Assembly (NCBI GenBank): GCA_051294375.1
Contig: CM119269.1
Span: 2,207,601-2,271,600, forward strand
Length of the DNA stretch: 64,000 nt
Source of the DNA: Paraspadella gotoi
Taxonomy: Eukaryota; Animalia; Chaetognatha
Reading direction: 5' to 3'
Shown here: positions 26,356 to 40,273 of the stretch, piece after piece
Position numbering within the stretch: position 1 is the stretch's first letter
Layout: each line of letters opens with the position of its first letter
The notes under the pieces: model-generated
The model's database searches: none
What the model saw: the letters and a program-made list of their open reading frames with translations, nothing else
Told to the model about the DNA's origin: nothing
Made by a program: the position numbers and the translations under genes

Positions 26356-28145
26356 TTATAACGCAACCTCCGTTTTTTCTTTGTCGTCACTGTCTGTCCT
26401 CAGAATCTCGCATGGATTTTTCTTGCCAGGGAGATTCTCACTTTGTTTATTATCATCTTGGGTTTCCTCGCCGATGTCTTTTTGTTTTTCGTCTCCCGTA
26501 ACGCTCTCGGTCTGTTCGCCATCGACGCCATCTTCTTTTGGTTCAACGTCGGCCTGCTCGACGAGCGTCGGCCGCTTGACGTCGTAGGAGTGCATAGTGA
26601 GAGTTGCCAACCACGAGAGCATCTCCATCGACTCTATCTCCGTCTTGGCAATGTTGGCGAAAACCTGTAGGAACAGCAGACAATGAACAAGAGGGCTAAG
26701 GGATTGCAATACGCGATAACAGGGGACCTGGTCGTATTTAAAAGCGTCCATTTCTATCTTGTAGTCGTCCCAATCCAATGGCTGGTGCGTACCGTCGTTA
26801 CCAAATTTTCTATTGTACGTGTCGTAGTGTAACTTGTCTAACATTAAACCCAGACCCGGAGCCTTTGGAATGTCGACCCTGCAAAGGGAAAACTCGATCA
26901 ATCAACCGAAGCTTTTCAACACCCTGATCTACTACACTAACTTAGCCGGACGCCAGACTTTCTCCGTCAAACATTCGTGAGAACAAGCGCCCTTAGCGAC
27001 GGCAATGACGAGGCCGATCATCTTGCGAATTTGATGCAGCATGAAGGATTGACCGCGAACGGAGATGACAGCAAATTCCATACCGTCGACGACGAAAGGA
27101 GAATCGCACTTGATGTTCATCACGAAACGTTTCGAGGAAGGATCCGTCGCTAATTTGCCTTCAACGAAAGATTAGGTAACTCCTTCACCGCATAGACGAG
27201 ATTTATATTATTCTCACGGAATCTACCAGACGTAAAATTGTGATAATTCCTCGTCCCCTTGTAGAGAGCAAAAAGTTTGTTTACTCTCTCGATTGTTTCC
27301 GCGTCGACCCTGTAATCCTTTGTCACGATGTCGACGATGGGCGCGAACGAGAACGTGGGCAGCATGTAGAGGTAAGTCCTGCTGTTGACAGAGTTTTTGC
27401 TGTCGAAGCCCTTGGTAACCTTGATGGCGCCCAGTACCCTGATCTGCGGTGGAAGGCATCGGTTGAGCCTCTCCACGGCGTCGTCAGGGAGCTTCATCTT
27501 CAGACTAAAGACATTTCCGGCGGCGGAGACGCCCTTGTCCGTCCGCGAGGCACGTTGGAATCCCGTTTGAGTTCGCAGGTCGGCGGCGTTGTCGTCGGTG
27601 ATAAGGCCTGTCCGAAATTCTCGGATAAGCAAGACAGTAGACGCACAGTAAACACCTCGGAAACTTCAGACCTGGCGATTATCTACTCTGTAGTTTACCC
27701 GAATTGACTAAAGCCTGGACGAAATCACCCTCGATGGTTCGGAAGCCCTGATTGACTTGGAGGCCATAGTAACCAGAGCCGCAGTACGCGACCAGCACTG
27801 CGACCTTCCTTTTGCGAATCTTTAAATAGAGGGCCACTGCTTTAGTTAACTCAAAAAGATATTTCAATCTTGTTTTAAAATGTTTAAAAACGTTCTCACA
27901 CCCGACTTTCTTCACGACACTTACGGCGTCTGAAACTGGCTCCAATTTTAGGTCGGGCACCGGCGCCGGTTCTTTTAATGGGTTCGTCGATCGAAGACGC
28001 TTCACTTTCGGAAATAGAAAAATCGATGTTGATACGAAACCAATTTTTCATTAGCCAATCCACTTGTGTGGTTGAGATACGCACGATCTTCGTTGGAGAT
28101 GTCGTCGTCGTCTAGAGTGCGCTTATCGCCCGCAATCAGCGCCAT
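26356..28145 (-). CDS. PUS1: tRNA pseudouridine synthase 1 (TruA family)
   Basis: [59 protein letters not shown] and [11 protein letters not shown]. The start codon is tentative. Confidence 0.95.
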
Positions 28146-28633
28146 TCTCCGCAGACGAGGCCTCAGGGACGATAAAGTCGGCAGAAGACGAGGCAAGATT
28201 AGGAAATGATCATTTGCGACCCAGGAGAAGCTTTAAAAAAGGCCGAAACTGTGTGACAACCCGAAATCGTTTCCGTTACTCGATGCATCAGAGGAGATAT
28301 TATTAAACTACTAAACTATTTTAACTTACTGTTAAATAGGCCACATTAATAATTTTATTGCTATTCTCACTAAACTGACAAAATAATCTCAGGAAGTCAA
28401 GGTAATTGACTACCTTTTTCTTGAAGGAATTTTACGTACCACGCTTTTCTGAGTAGGGAAGTCTTTAGAATCCAACAGCTCATAACAGAAAAAAAAATCT
28501 AAAAAATAGACACACAAGTTCATGAGTATATTTTGACTAGAATAGGTGAAAAAAGTAAAACCAAATGGCAAGCTTTAACGCACAAGCAGAGGGGGGGTTT
28601 AGTTTCAACAGATTCTTGGGCAATGGGCATCTA

Positions 28634-30679
28634 TTATGAGTCTCGGAGCGCCATCCAGCGGAAAGCTTCGGCGACGAGCGAAGGATGCCCTTCTTCAACG
28701 AGGCTCCAATCCTCCGATTCCATCACCTAAAAAAAAAGATACCTTAAGATACTAAAAATAAAATGGTTGACGAATTCTATTTACCTGCGACAAATTCCGG
28801 GAAAGGAATTCGAGGGCGGCTCGTTTAAGGTCGGAGCACCGGTGTCTGTCGGCAATGACTAGAAGTCGGGAGACGTTACCCGTCGTAAAAGTAGCGCCTG
28901 TAACAAAGATTGAAACCCCATCTTCAGGAATATCTTCGCCTTTGGCATCTTTTGTTTAGTTTTATTTAATTTTTTAATTCAAAAATGTTTATGAGAGCAA
29001 ATAATATCGAACCTAAACGCTTTTCGCAAAATCTTTTTAGGTCCTCCACATCGTATTTGTCTGCAAGGATCATCAATTCTTCGGCCACTCGATCCTCTGC
29101 GTCGTTTGGTATCTTCCCCGAATAAAGGTAAAGGAGGAAAAGTCGCATTACTTCGGGTTCCGCGTCAGTGACCGTGATTTTTCCGTTTCCGATCTCTTGC
29201 CAAGTGGCAGCGGAGGCGTCCTCGCCGGACCCATGGCCGGTGATGGCTAGTGACAGCATACTGGAAAAGACGGCGCTGCGGGCGGTGAGAACGTGCCGAT
29301 GAACCTGGAAATAAAAATTAATAAAGTATAGCAACAGCCGGATTGCCTGTGATGCCCAATGGGATGGGGCATCTCACTGTTGGCTTTGGGGGCTTCCAAC
29401 CCTCAGTGACGCCTCCAGTCACTGGCACGGTTACCCTAGGACGGTCTCGCTTTCCCAACGCAGAGGGAAGTCGTTAGGACTGTGGATGGAACACAACGCC
29501 TGGGATGGTGTGTTCCCCCTCTGTAATGGTATTGGCTGAGCGATGGTGGACGTGGGGCGGTGGGAATATACCACCATAAGAACTGATTAAAAACAATTTC
29601 CTTTTCTCCCAAATAAAAATCAACTATCACTCACGAAAAATCGACTGGATTCGGTTTCTACAGCGATGAGGTCAGCGTTAGCGTCGCCGTCGTCTCCAGA
29701 CGGTTGCGTCTCAAAGAAGAGGCGAGTCATGTCTTCCGAGAGACGACGCAAGTGCTCGTCCTCTGTCGCCACGCCCACCTCAGAATCTTGGGTAGAAGTC
29801 GTCGCATCCTTGCCATAGACTGAGACGCGACCTGCGGACCAAATGGCAATCTATTGGTCAAAAAGACCAGTCCGGCCTTCGAATAACTCGTATTTTTTTT
29901 GTACCAAAGAGAGTTAGCTTGTCGTCGGGTACCAATTCGGGATTATATCGAAGGTCGGCTCTTTTGGCGAAGGAGAAATATCCCCAAGAGGATTCAGTGA
30001 TATCGCGGTCCTCGCTGTTGGAAAACACACGAGCCACCTAAAAAGCCAAAAGGGAAAACTAATATCCGTTAAATCAGTCAAGTTAAAATGCAATCCAACC
30101 GTTCGGTCACCTTGCTTTCTGCGTTGGCCTTTTTCCCGTCGGCGCCGATAATCGCGAGCTCGACGTCGGCGCAAACGTCTCCCGTCTGCCAGAGGAAATG
30201 CAGACTGAATGAATAAATTTGATGGGGATTTTGAAACCAAAATCAAATGAAGATGCGATCACTCAGCGCACCTTCGTGACGAGCTTAACGTGGGCAGAGA
30301 CGTAATCCTCGTAATTTTGCGTACCGAAGTTGCAGAGAAGCACCCAAGAGGTTTGATTGGCGCCGGCGCCCACGACGAATTCCGCGCTACTTAATCTCTC
30401 TCCGTGGGCGTCGCGGGCGCTCACGTCACCAATGTGCCACTTCATCGTGGCGTGAGACTTTCGATATTGCGTGGAACAGGAAAAGTGTCGCTCGCATTCT
30501 GCATGGTTTCAGGAAAGAGCGTGTTGTAAAGACTACATTCTACACTTTCAACGCGATCCCCCATTAGCTCAATAGTTACGAGCAAGTCCCTCCTTACCAA
30601 AGACGTTTCTGGAATCAGGTCCCTCATTTGAGACATCGATGCTGCGTTGCGAATCGGGGGTTGATACGGAACAGGACAT
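28634..30679 (-). CDS. MATH-BTB protein, SPOP/TDPOZ-like
   Basis: MATH-like SWGYFSFAKR...LVPDDKLTLF, then BTB VHRHVLTARSAVFSSM...FLLYLYSG...LMILADKYDVEDLKRFCE, then BACK-like LVIADRHRCSDLKRAALEF. Confidence 0.88.
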
Positions 30680-31082
30680 CGTCAAAAAGAAAGAGAAACA
30701 CTATCTCGCATATCACGAACGACTGTTATTAGATAGCAATCTCATTTCTAATAAAAAATATCTGTCGGCAAAGGCGGGGGAAAAAACCAAATTCGCGGAA
30801 CACGGATATTATTTTGGATTATATTAATATCTAAAGAACGACATGATCGACATTCTGAACGAGGAGCGAGAAGCTGAAATTCGTTAACATTCTGAATAGT
30901 AAAATAACTAGCGAATACCGCAGCTGATTTACTAGACTAAGAAAAGTCATTTTTTGGGAAAGATGGGGACTGGAAAGAAAAAGCAAGATAAAAAAAATAT
31001 GTGTGGCTCCTCTCGCGGGGAACTTCTTTTTCCTTCTGTTTTCGCTAAAAGTTGCATTGAGCGATGATCTAGACTGAGGTGT

Positions 31083-32061
31083 TTACTTCCACTGATCCTT
31101 TTCGTAGTCCCATTTGCTCGCGAGCCCCTGGATGGGGTCTCTCCTGGTGGCGATGTCCCACCGAAGACCCTTCAACCTCTCCTCTTCGGAGAAGCTCTCG
31201 GGCGTCTTCGGGTAGATGAACTGCTTGACAAAGAAAAACATCCAAAGAGCGCCGGAGAGCATAAGGAGGCAGATCCCGCCGGATTGTTTCCACCATCCAT
31301 TGTCGTTGGCCTTGATGAAAAAAAATAATGATCGTAAACAAAATATGATTTGGAATAGGGAACGGTTGCCTCGCTATGGAGGAGAGGACAGAACTCGAAA
31401 TTATTTTTACTTAGCTCACCTTAAATTCAGCAAATGTCTGGCAAAATGACGCTCGGTATAATGCCTTCTTTTCTTCAAGGGTAAGCGACTTCCAGTCAGA
31501 TAACTCTTTTTGTCGCAACTCTGAAACTCCTATGAAATAATATAGGGGCAAGATAGCCGATTTATTAAATGAATGAATAATTTTAATATTGTTTATTGCA
31601 AAATATGAGGTTGCTATATAACAAAGTATTTAGCGACAGGATTTGATCTTTTCATTTCACTCCCATTTAAATTCCGAGTTTGCTCCGCGAGTACTCCCTG
31701 CTCAACTAAAAAACTCAACTTTACCTGGGGCGTTGGGCGACTTCCATCTAATTGCCGGAAAGGGATAATCGACTCTGTCGAGGTAATTCTCGTCACCGTT
31801 GACGCCCCAACCAACAATCTCACGATCGCCTGTGGCAAAAAAAAAAAAAAGAAGACGTTAATTAAAGATGATCTCCAAACGTAGCATCGCTCTCCGCTCC
31901 GCGTTTTCCCCCGGCTAACCGATCTTAGGATGCGTGTACTCGCGTCCCTCGGCCGTGTCGTTCACCGAAACTTGGCCGGCTCGGGAAGCGGAGACGGAAA
32001 ATGCTCGCCATGTCCACGGCGCGCGTCGTATTATCGCTTTCGATGCTGTCGAGCTCAGCAT
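31083..32061 (-). CDS. COX4: Cytochrome c oxidase subunit 4
   Basis: Arg-rich presequence, HPKIGDREIVGWGVNGDENYLDRVDYPFPAIRW, DWKSLTLEEKKALYRASF and QWDYEKDQWK*. Confidence 0.93.
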
Positions 32062-32251
32062 TTTTTCCAATCGTTCTGCGACTTAAATTAGCGCGACCAA
32101 CTAAAAAACGCAGGGAAAAAATACTAAACTCAATTTGAGTCAAATAAGTAACAAAAATTTAAGGATTTGAATTCGTGTAAAAAAATTTGTAACCAGGAAG
32201 CCGGACGTGGCCAAATATACAAAAATAACAAAAATCCAAGAGACTTGGCAA

Positions 32252-32773
32252 TCAGCGTTGAATATCGGTCCCTTCTTCGAGCGAAGGTCTCTGACGATAA
32301 TCCTCTCGTTCGACCTCTACGCTTTCCAAATACGTATATTTGCCCTCCATGGCGATCCACATGTCTTGGCACTCTCGAGTTCTCCAGCGAGTCACTTTGT
32401 ACGAAACGACGCTGGCGAGAGAAATGAAGGAAGAAACACGCGGATGAATTGAGACCGCGTTTAACACGGAGCACTCGGCAGCGGAGTGCGTCTCACCTCC
32501 CGATCATGACGGAAGGAAATATGAAAGCTTTTCTCTTCCACGGCAACGATTTTGCGACGAGATCTGAAGAAGGAGAAAACCCCAAATAAAAAGAGTTACA
32601 AATAAATAAAAAAAGTCCTCGAAGTCACCTTGCGCGATAAAGGTTCCCGACGCGGCGAGAAGGAGCGCGATCATTCCAGAAACGAAAGCGCTCGATTGAC
32701 ACTTGAGGTAGATGGGCATTGACGGGTACACGTCCTTGTACTCCTCCGCCGTCGAACCCATTCGATTTCCCAT
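32252..32773 (-). CDS. TMEM141: Transmembrane protein 141
   Basis: YLKCQSSAFVSG and SVVSYKVTRWRTRECQDMW motifs; 3 exons. Confidence 0.8.
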
Positions 32774-34125
32774 TATCCTTTGTCACCACGCGTTTCACTC
32801 AAGTTTTCAATAATTTTTCACGATCAAATCCTCGGGTGCTGGTCCCTATAGGACGGGTCTCTCTTTAAGAAATAAGCAGACGGCCGACGGTCGACTGGCA
32901 GCTCATACTTGGCTTGATTTTGCAGTTTTACCGCCTTGTCTACTATGTATAAAATTGAGAGGGGACTCGTAAGGATGACAGCTGGAAAAACTTATGCATC
33001 ACAATTAGGTAAGAAAAAATTAAACCCACGTTATGACTAAATACATAGAAAACTGACCATAAATATTTTACTTTAACAAAATTTTGCCAACTGGTTTTAC
33101 CAACTAGCTCTTAGTCTTACCTATAAAAGTATGTAAATTTACAATATAGAATCCCCTTAAAACAAACAATAACTTTTCATGTAAACAAGATAACGAGTAA
33201 TTGACACAATAAAACTCATATGAGGTGGGCACAGATTGACACAAAATACAAAATGAGATCGGCATATCTATAATCCAAAGTGAAGTAAATCATTAGATTA
33301 CGTATTCATTGGTCATTCATACAATCTTTACTTCTTTAGTAGTGAAGATCTATAAGCTTTAATGATCTTTTTGTCTGGTTAAATTATAAATAATTGTTAT
33401 AATTTAAAACAATAGTCAATAGCTTACTTTTTTGTATTCAAAATTAATAAAGTTTGACGAAATTTCATTTCGTGCTTGTGCCCAATCTGTCAGTTACAAA
33501 ATAATTAGCGAAGAAGTCATCGTGGTGGAAATAAAATATTCGATCGTGGCTTGCATAAGATTGAGGAATGAATAAATCTAAGAAAAACTTTTTTTAATCA
33601 TTGGAACAAAAATTTTCCTACAATAGACGTATGTGATCAATCTTAAAGAGTGACCAATTGTTACATTTGAACAATTAGTATGAAAAGACAGGTTTACAAA
33701 CAAAATAAACATTTTTAATCGGGAGTAAAGGGAAAACTTTCAATAGTACTAATAGACCGAAAATTTTTATGTGGCAGATATATACTCGAATTTATTTTTA
33801 ATAAAATGAAAAGTTACTACGTACTCGCCACAAGGAAAGACTGGAAGGAGATAATACGATAGTAATAATCGTACTCACAACATAGAATTCGAAATTTCTT
33901 CATTAACCAGTTCGTATCGTTGGGAGAGATACGTACTTTCCTAGCAAGAAAATGGTAAAAACTAACGAGTTTAATAACCACAACTTCGCAAAACTGAGAA
34001 GAAAAATCTGGAATGATGACAGTTTTAGTAGTAATAAACAATTGTGCCGAAAACCCTATCTTCCACCCCCCCCCCAAAAAAAAAAGAAGTTGAAGCAATA
34101 TTTATGATTCGCGAATAGCGACGTA

Positions 34126-37100
34126 TCACGTGACAACGGCGAAGCACGCCATGACTTGATTGACGTCCAGCTGGAAATTCTCCCAAGCTTTACAAGGTGG
34201 AAACTCGCGCTGCGGACGCCGACTCGTTTCTTCGAGCTCCGCGTCGCCCAAACGTCGCCCTCTGATGTGGCGACTCTGATGCGGTCCGGCGTCGTTGGAG
34301 CCGTCGAATAATTTGACGGCGGCGGTAGAGTGACGCTGTTGGCCGAGATTAAGCTCGATATGGTTGACAGGAACAGAGGCGTCTAGCGTCTGTCGCTTGT
34401 CGCGGCGTTGTGATCGGGATTGAGAACTGGACGACAGATTGGAGAGAATCTGCGACGGAGGCGAAACCGCCGCGGATACCGCGTTTCCGCCATCCAAATC
34501 CAGACGCCGGTGAGGAGTTTTACTCTAAAGTAAAGAGGTTCACAATTTATTTTCTATCGTGGTTATGACAGCTGGAAAAAAATGTCAACGGAAACAATAT
34601 CTCAACAACGTATGTTTATTGTGCAAGTATAAATTGTTTTTTTTATTTTACGAATTTTAGTTAGCGTTTAAAATTAAATTTCCGGTTACTACCTGAATAA
34701 TTTGAACGCTTCGAGGTGAGAACGGATTAGCTTCTTTTTGGTGAGAAGCAGTAGGTTTGAATTCCCGACTGTCTAAATGATTGGTCAACGAGTATCCAAG
34801 AAGACTGGTTACCTTTGAGACGAAAAAATCAAATAAAAATTAAACCGATGTGTTAATGCCTTTCGATTGGTGACGGCGCGACCGCCGACCGCTCTCCTAC
34901 TTGATCGTCGTCGGAACTGCTATTGACTAAATTTTTCTTCTTTCGGATCCATCGTCTTATTTCCTTGACGAACGGCATGACCATGAAGAAAGAATTTGGA
35001 GGAATGCCCACTTGTTCCTTGCACCTCAGGTCCCTGCGCCCGAAAGTAATTTGTCCGCTTAAAGAGTCAATTATAGGGGAAAATGGGGAGAAGGGGAAAT
35101 CGTCATTTACTTTTTGTGACTCGGAAGATTATCGACCCGAAACCACTCCAAACTGCGAATCTCTTTTCTGGTCTTGGGGTGAAATTTCGTGTCCAGTGAG
35201 ACGCCTTTAGGAGAAAAACAAGTTTTAATTTTTGTTTCACCCTCATCCACCAGAAAGGCGACAAACCTTTGACGATATACAGCCGTGTGAATTGGTCGCT
35301 GATCGACCTCTCTATGAAAGCGTCCTCGTCAACGAGGTCCGTGATATCGAAACCAGTTTCCTCGTAGACTTCACGGATGGCACAGGCCACCGGCGGCTCG
35401 TCTTCGTTCACCTCGGTGAAGGGAAAAAGAAAGGAAGATCACGATAATCGCATTACATTACATTTGCCGTCGATTATAACAATTTTATTTCATATTATGG
35501 TGGAATAAAATCCACCAATCGTTCATCAGCGGCCAATGGTGCAGGAGAAAAGTCATTCGGCTCCCGACCCAAAGGTCCGGGGTTTAGCCTGGTGGTCGCC
35601 TCGCAATTAAGAGGGACGGGACGCTGTACCACGGTGTTACAGTCTGATCCGAAGCTCAGGGACTGCTTATATTGAACGGTTCTGTCATTAAAGACATAAC
35701 AATAATTACTATCACTTCAATATCAAGAATGATAGTAGCATCCATCAGCAACAAAATAAAGCAAACAAATAAAAATAAAATTAAGAGGTTAACGTGAAGG
35801 AAAATTAATCTACGAGATCATCGACGTTTTCATAGAAATAAGACAAAATTTATTTTTCGTCAAAGTTAATCGTTTCGTGAATCTTTCATGACTTATTTTA
35901 AAAATATGATAAATGTCAGGGTAACCAAAACATTCTTTAAGGTTTCTGACGCTTTCCCATCTTACGAATTCCATTATTAATTGCTACATTTAGTTGGTAC
36001 ATATCTTTACAACAAAGGCTTTAAATTCACAGACATATTTTAGTACTTTAAAATAATTGTAACAAAACTGCTTCATTTGGTTTATTCAAAATAAAAGGAT
36101 ATTAAATCAGTAGTGGTTTGTTGTTGTTGTTTAGGTCGCTAAAGTGGAATCGAAATCTAAATTATTTCCAGATTTTAAGTTAAATCACAGTATTGCAAAG
36201 TTGAAAAACTTACTTTGCCTTTAGGAAATCCCCAGGAAGCTTTGGCCCAGAAACCCTGAGCGAGTAGTATATAAGTCATAGTCTCGTCAAGTAGGATGCC
36301 CCCGTAGGTAGGGACGGCCATCTTGTATTCTCGCCACTCCTCCAAAATCGAATCGACGTTGGCGGCGTAATCCGAGAGCGTTGGACAATGATTAAATATC
36401 TTGGAATAACAGGGACACAGTGATAACAAAAAGGGTAATTCAAATGTGTTGCGCCGAAGTAACTTTCTTAGCACATGTATTTTTGGTTGATCAAGCGACC
36501 ATATGATTAAAAACATTTCATGGTTGGATCATTTATCTACAGATTTTTAACTAAAACAACCAAAATTATACGAAATATGCACCATTTACTTAATGATCAC
36601 AGTCATGATTGAAAGCTTGCTATATCATTATCTTGTAAGAGGGATGGAGGCCTTAAACCACCCAAAGCCTGTCCAAAGTCAGGGGCAAGATAGCTTATTT
36701 ATTAAATGAATGAAAAATTTTTATATTGGTTGTATCCATTTTATAAACGTCACGTGACTAACTTATGAGCATTTAAAACGTAAGTGAAATGGACAAACAG
36801 ACCGACGGACTTGCCGAACGAAAAGTGACTACTCGCGAGTAATCGCGGCGCAACTAAAAACACGAAAAAGATTTATATGGCGAAGAATCGATTTGTACCA
36901 CTTACCTGACGCGAAAATTCCCTCATGCTGAGCGGCTTTAGAGATTGATCGTCTTGGCAGTAGAAGTCGAGGTAGAACCAGTAGGCAAGTTCAATTTGGA
37001 AAAAGATTCTCACGTGATTCGTTCGCTCCTCCTCGGGTATGTTGATGATGAAGCGGCAGCAGAGGTCGTCCAATATGTGATCGGGGACGAACCAATTGCC

Positions 37101-38559
37101 AACTGATTGCTTTCGCTCGCGACTCTGTCGAATGGAGGAAGAGGGGAAGCAAATTAGTTGAAGAAAAAGTATAAAAAAATCTTTAAGTATGGACCCATGA
37201 CAAACCTTGATACAAAAAATAATATTTGATAAAGGATAAAGGATAAGTTTTATAAATAACTTCACTTAATATATAAAAATAAATAAATATAAATAAATAA
37301 ATATATAAATAAATAAAATGAATTGAATAAAATAAAATAAATTTTATTAAATAATGAAAGAATTGAGATATAAATTACATTGAGTGAATTTAAAAGTAAG
37401 AACTGAACTAATTTAATTTAATTGAAGAAATTGAATGAATAAATGTGTGAGAGATAAAGAGATGAAAAAAGGGAAAAGATGGTAAAATCATAACATGCGC
37501 GACTGCGGTGCTTAACATCACGAGTTCGATCCTGACAATGAGAGAGAGAGAGAGAGAAGTCCAGTCGCTGTAGAGCTCAACTCGGTTTTGGACGAATCAG
37601 AAGAAAAAGAGAGCGACTTAAAATTTAAAAAAAAAAAATAATATGCTCATTTGTACATTACAGTTAATTATAATGCAGACTTTTACAATATCCAATTGTA
37701 AAGAAGCGTGACAACGACGACAATGACACTAAGAAGCAATAGTAAACTTAAATCTGGCTCTGGCGAGATAAAAACTGTAATCGTCCTTGCACCTCCGATA
37801 CTCTGCGGTGTCCATTGAGGACATGGTCGTTGGGGCCGGAGAGCGAAGATGAAGAAGCCTCGTCGCCGCCGAGGTCGTGAAAACTTGTCTTGTGATTCCG
37901 GCGCCGGAAGGGTGACCCCGTGTCCGGAGATTCACTGTCCGTCAACTGCAGCAGAAAAAAAAAATCAGATTAAACTTTTGGGAAGCCAAAAATGTCAAAC
38001 TGCATCGCACCTGCGTTGGTGCGCATGTTCCGCCGTTACTGTTTTGTCTGCGAAGGTTCGGATGATGAACTCCTTCTTGAGGAGCTTGGCGGCGACTATC
38101 GTAAAAGTTGCTTCCCGAAGAAACCTTTCTGGTTGTTTGATGATAGCCTGAAAAAAAGTTTGGTTTCGACAAATTATTTCTTCTCAATGTAGATAATTAC
38201 ATCAAGATATACGTAACATCCTCAATCTTTCTCTCACCTATGGTCCGACCGCCGCCGTCCGCAGATCCAGGCGCCGCCTTTTTCCCGCCAACTTGACTGG
38301 AGACAGATTGATGATCGGCGCCGGAGAGTTTGGTTGGAGGCGATCGCTGATGATATTTTTGCCGGTTGTCACCGGACTGGAACGGCGTTGGCTGTTGTTT
38401 CGAATGGTGTTGCTGTTGGCTCTGCTGCTTGAGATGAGGGTTAGACCCGGGCGCTTGGTTTTTAATCTGAACATTTTGGAACGGCGTTGGCTGTTGTTTC
38501 GGTGACTGCGGTTGATGAATTTTGGCTTTGGATCGAGATGAGTTCCCGGTCGGCAACAT
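34126..38559 (-). CDS. DCP2: mRNA decapping enzyme Dcp2 with a long N-terminal low-complexity extension
   Basis: Box [15 protein letters not shown]...[33 protein letters not shown] and Nudix [12 protein letters not shown]...[14 protein letters not shown]. The Box A exon (from ~37124) has a phase-0 acceptor and no ATG, so it is joined to upstream Q/P/S-rich exons starting at 38559. Confidence 0.9.
35510..35692 (+). mobile_element. tRNA-derived SINE-like repeat, family B (DCP2 intron)
   Basis: aaaatccaccaatcgttcatcagcg...ggtccggggtttagcc...gatccgaagctcagggactgcttatattgaacg. A close copy lies at 57553-57740 and a partial copy at ~9466-9560. Confidence 0.7.
36600..36860. mobile_element. Dispersed non-autonomous repeat, possibly Helentron/DINE-like
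   Basis: Core ggaggccttaaacc...ccaaagtcaggggcaagatagc, GACA/GACC repeats and terminus ctcgcg...cggcgcaactaaaaa. Related segments at ~3870-3965, ~7320-7605, ~8470-8625 (reverse) and ~13800-13880 (reverse). The class assignment is inference. Confidence 0.55.
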
Positions 38560-38953
38560 TTTTTTTCGTCGCTCGTTGTCGGTAATCGAGATCAAATAAA
38601 GTTTCGGATCACAGAGTTAATTATAGTTTACACTTTTTTTATCAATGTTTTAATTGGTACGTGATTTTCGTACCCAAGTAGGAAAAAAAAAATCCGAATT
38701 GAGTGAAGCTAAACTATCTGGATCGTAACAACAGCCTTTTTTTTCACACTGGAAAAAGTACATCTAAAAACAAAAGTCAAAATTAAAGATACAAAAATTT
38801 AATGTTCAGAAATGTAACTAAATTCAACGAAATTCGTTCACATCGAAACGAAAGATAATTTTCCTAGGGCCCCGCACTGTAATAATAATAATGATAATAA
38901 TAATAATAACGATGACTGATGAGGAATGAAAAATTTCGTCCGTAAAAATTAAG

Positions 38954-39385
38954 TCAAAGGTCCACGGCGGAAATGCTGACGTCGCCTCCAAATTTGACGA
39001 GGCCCTTCATGTAACCGTTGTATACTCTCTCTCTTGCGTATGCCTTAGCAAAAGTGGTCCTATTTCCACGCATAAAGTTAACGCCGCCGAGTTCGAGGGC
39101 GCGACAGAATTCCGTCCGGGACCAGAATTGGTCAAAGGCGCGCGCGAAAAATTCCTTCGATTCGGCGACGGGGTCGGAGGGCGCAGGCGCAGAGGCAGCG
39201 ACGCGAGTTTTACGATGGAAGGCGGCGACCAGGAGGCCAACGTCGTAAAGGAAGGAAGCGAAAAGCTTGTGAAGAGGAGAGTCCTTGTCGATGAGAGCGG
39301 AAAGCGCCCCCGGGGAGGAGACCAGGGAGTTAAGACTCGCGAGCTTTGGGTGGGCGGAGACGTCCTCGTGAAGACCGGGGAGGGA
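38954..39385 (-). CDS. Alternative terminal exon D (missed by the ORF track, no early ATG)
   Basis: aag| in phase 0, SLPGLHEDVSAHPKLASLNSL...HKLFASFLYDVGLL...EFFARAFDQFWSRTEFCRALELGG...AKAYARERVYNGYMKG...VDL* (432 nt). Confidence 0.75.
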   Translation of the reverse strand, partial: SLPGLHEDVSAHPKLASLNSLVSSPGALSALIDKDSPLHKLFASFLYDVGLLVAAFHRKTRVAASAPAPSDPVAESKEFFARAFDQFWSRTEFCRALELGGVNFMRGNRTTFAKAYARERVYNGYMKGLVKFGGDVSISAVDL

Positions 39386-39647
39386 CTTTGGCAGGGAAAA
39401 CGGAGAAGGGCGACGAGGAAAAAAAAAAAACGATGAGATGAGATTTTTTAGAAGGGGATTACAGCAGCGAGACAGAAGAAAGGAACGGTTGTAACAAGAA
39501 TGAATTAGAAAAAGGAAAAAAAAGTGAGATAGAAAAAAAAAAATGTCAAAGAGGAAGACGATAATTTTTCAAAACGGAGCGAAAAAGCAGTTGTTGTGGA
39601 AAGATCTAGCAGTGGGTGTCAAGTCACAAGACCCCTTTTTTTAGATA

Positions 39648-40082
39648 TCATTGTTCCTGACCCTCTTTTCCGACAGAATCGTTCCACATCTCTATGTCCG
39701 GAAAGCCGGGTTGCGGATCCTTTCTACCCCGTCTCTCTTTGATACCCGTACAAAAAATCATCTGAATCTTCCTCCGGGCGTACGACCGGATGTTGTACGA
39801 TTTGTTTCCAGCGACCACGGGGACGCCGAGCTCTTCTAATCGGCGGAAAAACGTGAGGTGAGACCAGAGAGCGTCGAAAACGGCCGGAAAGTGAATCCTG
39901 GCGGGATTCGTGCCAGAAGCAGGAGCGTTAAAGACGATGGCGCGGCCGCAATCATAGAAAAACGAGTTCAAGAGCTTGAGGGCACTAGAGTCGGAAGAGA
40001 ACAGACGGGGATCGGAGTCGCACATGGAGGAGAGGGCCGAGGCTTTAACGGAGTTTGAAAGAAATTCCGGAATCCACGAAGC
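39648..40082 (-). CDS. Alternative terminal exon C
   Basis: cag| in phase 0, ASWIPEFLSNSVK...ALKLLNSFFYDCGRAI...HFPAVFDALWSHLTFFRRLEELG...IRSYARRKIQMIFCT...* (435 nt). Confidence 0.8.
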   Translation of the reverse strand, partial: ASWIPEFLSNSVKASALSSMCDSDPRLFSSDSSALKLLNSFFYDCGRAIVFNAPASGTNPARIHFPAVFDALWSHLTFFRRLEELGVPVVAGNKSYNIRSYARRKIQMIFCTGIKERRGRKDPQPGFPDIEMWNDSVGKEGQEQ

Positions 40083-40273
40083 CTGGTTGGGGCGGGGGGG
40101 GGGAGAGAAAAAGAGAAGAAATCGTGTAAAAAAAAAAAATAATTTTTTTAAAGGTTAACTAAAAACAAATCAAAAATATGGCAAACTCAATTCTTCCTCC
40201 TTTCTCTGATTTACCGGCCGATTGGCCGATTCGCCGACCACCCCCAACCATATGAAATTCCTTCTCGCTTCCT

